Of a stretch of 35,315 nt of DNA, positions 8,369 to 13,957 are shown piece after piece. The stretch is from positions 1-35,315 of the IMG/VR virus record IMGVR_UViG_3300033067_000511; one strand, 5' to 3'. The stretch comes from a virus. Taxonomy: Duplodnaviria > Caudoviricetes. Every line of letters starts with the position of its first letter. Within the stretch, counting starts at the first letter, position 1. A program made the position numbers and the translations under genes. A model generated the notes under the pieces. The model did not search any database, was not told the origin of the DNA, and was given only the letters and a program-made list of their open reading frames with translations.

Positions 8369-8381
8369 CGGGGCCTTTTTT
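8356..8381 (+). terminator. Rho-independent terminator
   Basis: GGCCCCG-GTAA-CGGGGCC stem with GNRA loop followed by TTTTTT. Confidence 0.8.
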
Positions 8382-8382
8382 C

Positions 8383-8601
8383 ATGGCTGGAACATCGAAG
8401 ATCAGATGGCGACGAGACATAGAAACCCTGGCCAAAGAGCGTGGCTGGGATGTCGAACCGACGAATGGCGGTCACTACCGCCTCAAACGGGGCCCCCACG
8501 TTGTGATCGCCCCGTCCTCACCCCGCAACGCATCACGAACCATGGCCAACACCCTGGCCCTCATGAAGAGGTATGAGAATGACCCCCGTCCAATCATCTA
8601 A
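8383..8601 (+). CDS. HicA-like (dsRBD-fold) protein with no adjacent HicB
   Basis: 72 aa, basic; GW.V..TNGGHYRL..G..V..PSSP...R...N....MKR. Confidence 0.65.
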   Translation: MAGTSKIRWRRDIETLAKERGWDVEPTNGGHYRLKRGPHVVIAPSSPRNASRTMANTLALMKRYENDPRPII

Positions 8602-8794
8602 CATTGCGGCAATTGGCCACGACCCGATCACTCTGACCCTCACGGTCGAGTTCAAGGGTGGCTCTCGGTATTTGTATCAACACGTCCCGACCGTCCTTTT
8701 TGATCAATTGGTTAAAGCCGACTCGGTCGGGTCGGCATTTCACAAGCTGATCAAGAGCCAGCCTGATAAGCATCCGTTCACTCTATTGCCGTGA
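8573..8794 (+). CDS. KTSC-domain protein
   Basis: PVQSSNIAAIGHD....TLTVEFKGG..YLYQHVP...F..L..ADSVGSAF...IK; GAGG SD. Confidence 0.92.
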   Translation: MRMTPVQSSNIAAIGHDPITLTLTVEFKGGSRYLYQHVPTVLFDQLVKADSVGSAFHKLIKSQPDKHPFTLLP

Positions 8795-8802
8795 ATTATA
8801 GG

Positions 8803-8818
8803 TTAAGCCCCTATTAAC
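8803..8818. promoter_or_regulatory. Putative CtrA-binding site upstream of xis-int
   Basis: TTAA-GCCCCTA-TTAAC, exact TTAA-N7-TTAAC consensus, intergenic, 57 nt before the xis ATG. Confidence 0.7.
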
Positions 8819-8875
8819 GAGTCCCAGCGAATCGCTTTAGGTGGCTTCTGTATCCGTTGGAGGATCACAGAGATC

Positions 8876-9163
8876 ATGCTGTCAGCGAGTGAAGTGGCGA
8901 ACCAGTTGCGCGTCTCGCCCCGCACAGTCCACCGGTGGGCTTGCGTTGGGACTCTCCCCGGTTATCGAATAGGTCGCGTCTATCGGTTCAAACCCGAAGA
9001 CGTAGAACTGTTGCTGGAGAGTCACAAGTGTCAGGTCGTGTCTATAAACGTGAAGGTTCGAGCGTCCTCTGGCTCGATTACACCTTGCCAAGTGGAAAGA
9101 GAGTACGACAGTCTTCTGGAACGTCTGATGAAAAAGAGGCAGAGAAGAAGCTCAAGCAGCTGA
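8876..9163 (+). CDS. xis: Excisionase / HTH_17 (MerR-like) DNA-binding protein
   Basis: MLSASEVANQLRVSPRTVHRW...G.LPGYRIGRVYRF; GGAGG SD; overlaps the integrase start. Confidence 0.88.
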   Translation: MLSASEVANQLRVSPRTVHRWACVGTLPGYRIGRVYRFKPEDVELLLESHKCQVVSINVKVRASSGSITPCQVEREYDSLLERLMKKRQRRSSSS

Positions 9164-10071
9164 TCAATGCTTCGAAGTCCCTATCGTTCAAGGAAGCTGT
9201 GATCGACTTCTTCGCCACTCGCAAGGATCTCAAACCCTCGAGCATCCGGCGTTACGAGGTCTCCCTCGTCGCAGTCGATCCGTTCATCGGCCCTCTTGCC
9301 ATGAGCGACATCGACGTCGATGTGATCAAGGGCTTCATCGCCTTCCGGCGCAAACAGGTCCAGGCCGCGTCCGTCCGACGCGACCTGGCATTCATCTCGA
9401 CCGTGTTCAGTCATGCGATCGAGAACATGCCGAGCGGCCCGCCGTTCAATCCGGTGATCATGCTTCCCAAGCGTTCCCTCAAGGAGCGTGAGATCACCCG
9501 TTGGCTGCGGTGGGACGAGTATCAGCGGCTGCTTGCAGCTTGCAGTGACGACCAGCACCGCCTGATCATCAAGACGGCGGTGCTGACCGGCATGCGGCAC
9601 GGCGAGATCGCCGCGCTTCGCAAGCCCATGTTCCTCTGGGAACGGAACGAGATCGTACTACCGGTAGCGGTCACGAAAAGTAGCGAAGAACGGGTGATCC
9701 CGCTCTGTGCCGAGATTGTGTCTGAGCTCCAGGCCCACTGTGCCAAAGCTCCGCGCGACCTCGTCTTCTACCATCGGCCGCATCCCCTCGAACCGGCCCA
9801 ACCCTACAAGGCGTTCACCCGCTTCTGGCATGGTGCGCGCCGCAGGGCAGAACTGAAAGACGTGCGATTTCATGACCTTCGCCATACCTTTGGCTCCTGG
9901 TGGGTCCAATCGGGTGGTGATATCTACCCCCTATCCAAGGTCATGGGTCACACCACAACGCAGATGACAGAGAGGTACGCACACCTGAATACCGAGGCCG
10001 CACACCGCGAAGCCCGAGAAGTGTTCCGGCACATTTTCAGGCACAGTTCGACGGATTCTGTGGCACAGTGA
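9028..10071 (+). CDS. int: Tyrosine integrase
   Basis: TGMRHGE (R), TKS (K), HDLRH, MGH, RYAH (Y); N-terminal arm-binding domain; GTG start at 9028 with GGAG SD. Confidence 0.96.
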   Translation: MSGRVYKREGSSVLWLDYTLPSGKRVRQSSGTSDEKEAEKKLKQLINASKSLSFKEAVIDFFATRKDLKPSSIRRYEVSLVAVDPFIGPLAMSDIDVDVIKGFIAFRRKQVQAASVRRDLAFISTVFSHAIENMPSGPPFNPVIMLPKRSLKEREITRWLRWDEYQRLLAACSDDQHRLIIKTAVLTGMRHGEIAALRKPMFLWERNEIVLPVAVTKSSEERVIPLCAEIVSELQAHCAKAPRDLVFYHRPHPLEPAQPYKAFTRFWHGARRRAELKDVRFHDLRHTFGSWWVQSGGDIYPLSKVMGHTTTQMTERYAHLNTEAAHREAREVFRHIFRHSSTDSVAQ

Positions 10072-10245
10072 CCGCTAACCCATTGAAATGATTGGTAGCG
10101 GAGGAGGGACTCGAACCCCCGACACGCGGATTATGATTCCGGGTTGTGAAAGGGCTAAGGTCTTGATTCCGCTACCAGTTTGATCGGTCAGAGGGTCATT
10201 ACTCGGTCATCAGGTGTGCCATCGTTGACACAAAACGAGGCACAG
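10028..10245. other. attP region: core plus IHF sites and arm-type repeats
   Basis: GGCACA(G) at 10028, 10040, 10062, 10239 and inverted at 10215; IHF-like TAA-N4-TTGAWW at 10076 and 10156; GGTCA x3 at 10186, 10194, 10205. Confidence 0.8.
10093..10141 (-). tRNA. 3' half of tRNA(CAT) (likely elongator Met), serving as att core; not a complete canonical tRNA
   Basis: Minus strand CGGAATCATAATCCGCGTGTCGGGGGTTCGAGTCCCTCCTCCGCTACCA: anticodon arm, T arm, acceptor 3' strand and CCA; no D arm. Confidence 0.9.
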
Positions 10246-10249
10246 CTAG

Positions 10250-10630
10250 ATGAGCACCATAGAACGAGACCAGGAGATCCGCGAACGCTACGTCGATGGC
10301 TCCACAGCCAATGAGCTGTCGCGCTCATATGGCTTGTCAGAGCCGCGGATTCGTCAGATTGTGGCGGGAGTGAAGAAGGGACGGCAGGGTCGAGAGAACC
10401 GGCCAGTCTCCGACGTGCATAAGCGCCTCGGAAGACGGATCTATGATCACCGGTTCGACAACCAGCTAACACGGCGCTTCATGGCGGCGAAGTTGGGCTG
10501 GTCAGTTTCCAAGTTGTATAATTTGGAGGAGGGGCTCGTGGACCCGACCTTGCTTGATCTACAAGACATATCCACGTTTATGAAAACCAGCATTGGAGAA
10601 TTGCTGAACAATGTCATCAGTAGACACTAG
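10250..10630 (+). CDS. Transcriptional regulator with N-terminal Mor-like HTH and C-terminal XRE HTH (candidate repressor)
   Basis: RDQEIRERY..G....ELSRSYGLSEPRIRQIV and LGRRI...R....LTRRFMAAKLGWSVSKLYNLEEG...PTL. Confidence 0.82.
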   Translation: MSTIERDQEIRERYVDGSTANELSRSYGLSEPRIRQIVAGVKKGRQGRENRPVSDVHKRLGRRIYDHRFDNQLTRRFMAAKLGWSVSKLYNLEEGLVDPTLLDLQDISTFMKTSIGELLNNVISRH

Positions 10631-10787
10631 GCTTAAAGACTTCTGGTCGTTCGCGAGTTGCTGGCATACAACTCGTGAAGACCACTGGTTGTTCTTTATA
10701 GAAGACCTCGCCAACTCATCCACCGGTATCGTTCAAAAAGCGGCTTCGAAGCTGACGCAGAGGTATCATGAATCTGCAACCGGTTGA
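10611..10787 (+). CDS. Small hypothetical protein (58 aa)
   Basis: ATG 10611 with GGAG upstream; overlaps both neighbours and fills the gap. Confidence 0.5.
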   Translation: MSSVDTRLKDFWSFASCWHTTREDHWLFFIEDLANSSTGIVQKAASKLTQRYHESATG

Positions 10788-11475
10788 CCACTACGGTCTT
10801 CACTGGGACAAAAGCGTAGCGTGGCTCCACCAGGGACGTGGGGCCGCGAACTTCTTGGGGGTGAACCAGCGTTCACCCTTTCAAGTCACCGACGCTGGTA
10901 TGTGCAATCACCTAATCCCGGCTGCAGCCCCGATCCCGGACAAGCTGCAATGGGCCGAGTTCATGAAGGTGATCAATGACCCTCTAGTTCGCGCAATGCT
11001 ACCGGTCCCTAATGGTTCCGGCCATTATGTCGCCGACCCTTATGACGACCTCAGCTTGTATCTCACGAGCCTTGCCAGACTGTCGAGTCCTATCAAGCCG
11101 ATCGTCAAGCCGCTCTGGACGATGACATCAAATCAGATCCAGAAGGCCCTGCGTGAATCAAACGTGCAGCCGCTCGTTCTGTCGCAGGCGACGGCCAAGG
11201 ATCAGAAGCAACTGTCCGAAGTCGCCAAGCTGATAAACTATTCGCCCCGCACGGTGATCATCACAGGCGCAGCTGATCTTGTTGTCCCCTCTCCGATGCA
11301 GCGCATCACCACGGAGATCAGGTCGATGGACATCCACGATTTAATGACTCTGCCCCTTGAGAACTTGGGGGCGACAATCCTACGTCGTCACGCACGGAAG
11401 GAAGAAATTGACGCCCCGATGGAAAGTCGGGATGAGCGTCGGAAACGGATGATGGATGAGCGCAACTCTTCGTGA
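10768..11475 (+). CDS. Hypothetical protein (235 aa)
   Basis: GAGGT SD; overlaps the helicase start. Confidence 0.8.
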   Translation: MNLQPVDHYGLHWDKSVAWLHQGRGAANFLGVNQRSPFQVTDAGMCNHLIPAAAPIPDKLQWAEFMKVINDPLVRAMLPVPNGSGHYVADPYDDLSLYLTSLARLSSPIKPIVKPLWTMTSNQIQKALRESNVQPLVLSQATAKDQKQLSEVAKLINYSPRTVIITGAADLVVPSPMQRITTEIRSMDIHDLMTLPLENLGATILRRHARKEEIDAPMESRDERRKRMMDERNSS

Positions 11476-12886
11476 CTATCAGGTAGCTGACCTCGCCTTC
11501 TACATGGCGACACCTCGGTGCCTGAACACCAGCGATCCCGGCACTGGCAAGACCGCAAGCGTTTGTGCCTATTCCTGGTTCCTCTGGTCAGAGCTACAGC
11601 ACCGCACCATCTGGTCGATGCCCAAGTCGCTTCTCAAAAAGAACCTTGACGAGCTCCTTCTATTTTCGGGGTTCAAGCCGGAAGATGTCGTCATTGTCGA
11701 CGGCACTCCCAAACAGCGCAAGAAGGCGATCGAGTCCGACGCCAAGGTCTTCCTGATTGGCTTCACAGCGTTCTCCACTGAGTGGGAACAGCTTCTGGCC
11801 GCACACCCCGACATCAACGCGGTGTTGGTCGACGAGCTCCACATGGGCTACGGCGGCAACAACTCGCAGCGGACGCAGAACCTCTACGCCGCGATGGAGA
11901 AGATCAAATACTTCGTCGGTATGACCGGCACGATCATCAACGGTCGGCTGTCTTCGGCCTACCCCTGCATCCAGTTGATCGAGCCGAGCCGCTACTCCGG
12001 TGGCTACCACCACTTCATGGCGCGTCACGCGCTTGAGGACTCCTACGGCCGTGTGATCGCCTGGTGCCACCCGGAACTGCTCAAGCCCTTCTTCTACAAG
12101 TTCGCCATCCGGCACACTTTTGAAGAGGTCTACGGCCCCGAGGCCAAGGTCATCATCCCCGAGAAGATCCAGATGGACCCTCGGCAGCGCGAAGCCTACG
12201 ACGAGTTCGAAGAGACTGCCCTGCTCGAGCTCGAAGAAAACTGGCTCGATGGCTCGTTCTCTACGGCAGTGCATCTGATCAAGTGTCGGCAGATCATGGA
12301 GCATCCGCAGACTCTCGGTGCGCCGCTGGACGAGATCAAGACGACGGGCAAGGAAGACCGCCTGATCATCCACCTCGAGGACGTCAAGCAGTCTGGCAAG
12401 CCGATGATCGTGTTTGCCGCCCTTGTCCCACAGATCGAACGAGCAGCAGAGATCGCCCGCAAGATGGGGCTGCGCGTCGGCATGATCCACGGCGGGGTCT
12501 CAACCAAGAAGCGGTTTGAGATCGACGAAGCCTTCCGCGCTGGGGAACTCGACGTGGTGATCGCCTCACCGGCCACCACAGCGGTCGGCTACAACTGGGG
12601 TCATGTCGACACAATGGTCTTCATGTCCCTCGACTACATGGACTCATCCTTCGTGCAGGGCTACCGCCGAGCCATCCGTGGTGTCCGTGGCAAGCCGCTC
12701 CTGATCTACATCCTCCAATACGAGGACTGCAGGGTCGAGGACCGAATCATCGAGATCGTCGAACGCAAGTCCAAACTTGCCAGTGACGTCGACGATACGA
12801 AGGAAAAGATCACCCTTCGGGCTGAGAAGCCCAAGAAGGAGAAGACCGCTGCCCCACTGCCGCGGTCGATGTCAGAGCTCCTATAG
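11456..12886 (+). CDS. SNF2-family (SF2) helicase/ATPase
   Basis: LRDYQ, SDPGTGKT, VDELH, MTGT, IHGG, GYRRAIR motifs. Confidence 0.93.
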   Translation: MSATLRDYQVADLAFYMATPRCLNTSDPGTGKTASVCAYSWFLWSELQHRTIWSMPKSLLKKNLDELLLFSGFKPEDVVIVDGTPKQRKKAIESDAKVFLIGFTAFSTEWEQLLAAHPDINAVLVDELHMGYGGNNSQRTQNLYAAMEKIKYFVGMTGTIINGRLSSAYPCIQLIEPSRYSGGYHHFMARHALEDSYGRVIAWCHPELLKPFFYKFAIRHTFEEVYGPEAKVIIPEKIQMDPRQREAYDEFEETALLELEENWLDGSFSTAVHLIKCRQIMEHPQTLGAPLDEIKTTGKEDRLIIHLEDVKQSGKPMIVFAALVPQIERAAEIARKMGLRVGMIHGGVSTKKRFEIDEAFRAGELDVVIASPATTAVGYNWGHVDTMVFMSLDYMDSSFVQGYRRAIRGVRGKPLLIYILQYEDCRVEDRIIEIVERKSKLASDVDDTKEKITLRAEKPKKEKTAAPLPRSMSELL

Positions 12887-12892
12887 TATAAC
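12881..12892 (+). promoter_or_regulatory. Repeated promoter-like motif copy 3 (CTATAGTATAAC)
   Basis: At the helicase stop; identical 12-mer at 17239. Confidence 0.65.
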
Positions 12893-12938
12893 GAATCGGA
12901 ATACTGTTGCAGTCCGAACCGGATTGCACCAGTTTGTT

Positions 12939-12968
12939 GGGGCGGGTCATGATGACTCGCCCCTTTTT
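12939..12968 (+). terminator. Rho-independent terminator or attenuator
   Basis: GGGGCGGGTCA / TGACTCGCCCC stem followed by TTTTT. Confidence 0.75.
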
Positions 12969-12999
12969 CTATGTGCGCAACTCAAAAGGAATATGCGTA

Positions 13000-13665
13000 A
13001 TGGCAAGCGTTCAAGAAGCGATCCAGAAGGCCCGTGAAGCTGCAGCTGACGCTGTGGTGATCGACCATCAGCCTTCGACGGATGTGGCTGTGGTCTCCCC
13101 CGCCGCTCCCCCGATGACCTTCATGGCTCCGTCGATGGAGACCATGGCTGTCAACTCGGGCATCTCGAAGTCCGTCGAGACCTGGATCAAAGTCAGCGAG
13201 TTCGGCATCAACATCGGCACCGATCGGACGCCGTTGTTTGAGACCGTCAAGGTCAAGATCCTGATGGCTGAAAACGAAGGCTTCTTCGTCAAGCACACGA
13301 TCAAGACCCAGGCTGGCGACTACTACTCCTGCTACGACGGCACGACCTGTGACAAGGGTGGCCTCTTCTCGGACGCGGTGTCTCGCGTTCAGCGGATGGA
13401 GCCCAATCAGAAGGTCTATGCGTCGGCCGACATCATCTTCGTCCTCGCTGAAGATGTGAAGCTCAAGGACAAGACCCTCCCCGCTGGCACGAAGCTCGGT
13501 CACACGACCTCGATGTCCAACTGGCAGAACTGGGCCGAGTTCTACCGTGATGTCGCGAAGGCGGGTCAGCTGGGCCAGGAAGTTGATGCCATCCTCGGCT
13601 TCGACACCGTCACCAGCAAGAAGAACGGCAAGACCTGGGGCGTTCTCAACTTCAAGGTCGCCTGA
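13000..13665 (+). CDS. Conserved replication-region protein, putative ssDNA-binding protein
   Basis: AAGGA SD; between helicase and polymerase; strong codon bias; function inferred only from context. Confidence 0.6.
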   Translation: MASVQEAIQKAREAAADAVVIDHQPSTDVAVVSPAAPPMTFMAPSMETMAVNSGISKSVETWIKVSEFGINIGTDRTPLFETVKVKILMAENEGFFVKHTIKTQAGDYYSCYDGTTCDKGGLFSDAVSRVQRMEPNQKVYASADIIFVLAEDVKLKDKTLPAGTKLGHTTSMSNWQNWAEFYRDVAKAGQLGQEVDAILGFDTVTSKKNGKTWGVLNFKVA

Positions 13666-13667
13666 TC

Positions 13668-13689
13668 GTAGGGGCCTTCGGGCCCCTAC
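13668..13689 (+). terminator. Intergenic hairpin GTAGGGGCC-TTCG-GGCCCCTAC
   Basis: 9-bp perfect stem, cUUCGg tetraloop just after a stop; weak U-tract. Confidence 0.6.
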
Positions 13690-13694
13690 TCCAG

Positions 13695-13935
13695 TTTCCG
13701 AGGGGTTGAGTTCAGACATGCCTCCCCCTCAACCCAGCCGCAGGTGGTTTAACAGCGGCAGCGCAGAGATGGGACATTACCTCCGACCCGGAGACTGCGC
13801 ACACCGCCAAATTCAGAGACTGGCTCCGCAAGCTGCTGTCGGCAGTGGAGGGCCCACAGGTTCCGACAGGGCCGTGGTGGGAGGGCCCGTGTAAGCAACG
13901 GGGAGCGGGAATGTCAGGTGGTGCCCCGCACAATT
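13695..13935 (+). ncRNA. Candidate structured RNA (polymerase leader or stand-alone ncRNA)
   Basis: Largest intergenic gap in the window, tiled by nested stems; family not recognised. Confidence 0.45.
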
Positions 13936-13957
13936 TCACATCATCCAACAGGATACC

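Noticed and set aside
8935-9027. Longer integrase N-terminus given by the ORF track
   Set aside because: No SD, lies within the xis HTH; GTG 9028 has GGAG and begins the typical arm-binding domain
10093-10177. A complete functional tRNA-Met gene
   Set aside because: No D-arm consensus (no AG..GG) and a mismatch at the top of the anticodon stem; kept only as att core and possible mimic
10225-10252. TTGACA-N16-TAGATG sigma70-like promoter for the HTH gene
   Set aside because: The -10 overlaps the ATG, so +1 would fall inside the ORF; TGACACA may instead be an arm-repeat variant
13718-13894. 58-codon ORF in the structured intergenic region
   Set aside because: No SD, atypical codon use, low-complexity product; the structure explains the region better
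13895-13935. GGGAA...GGTG...GCCCCGCA resembling part of a cobalamin riboswitch
   Set aside because: Lacks the conserved intervening hairpin, the CCCGCAACTGT continuation and the B12 box; lies before polA, not nrdJ
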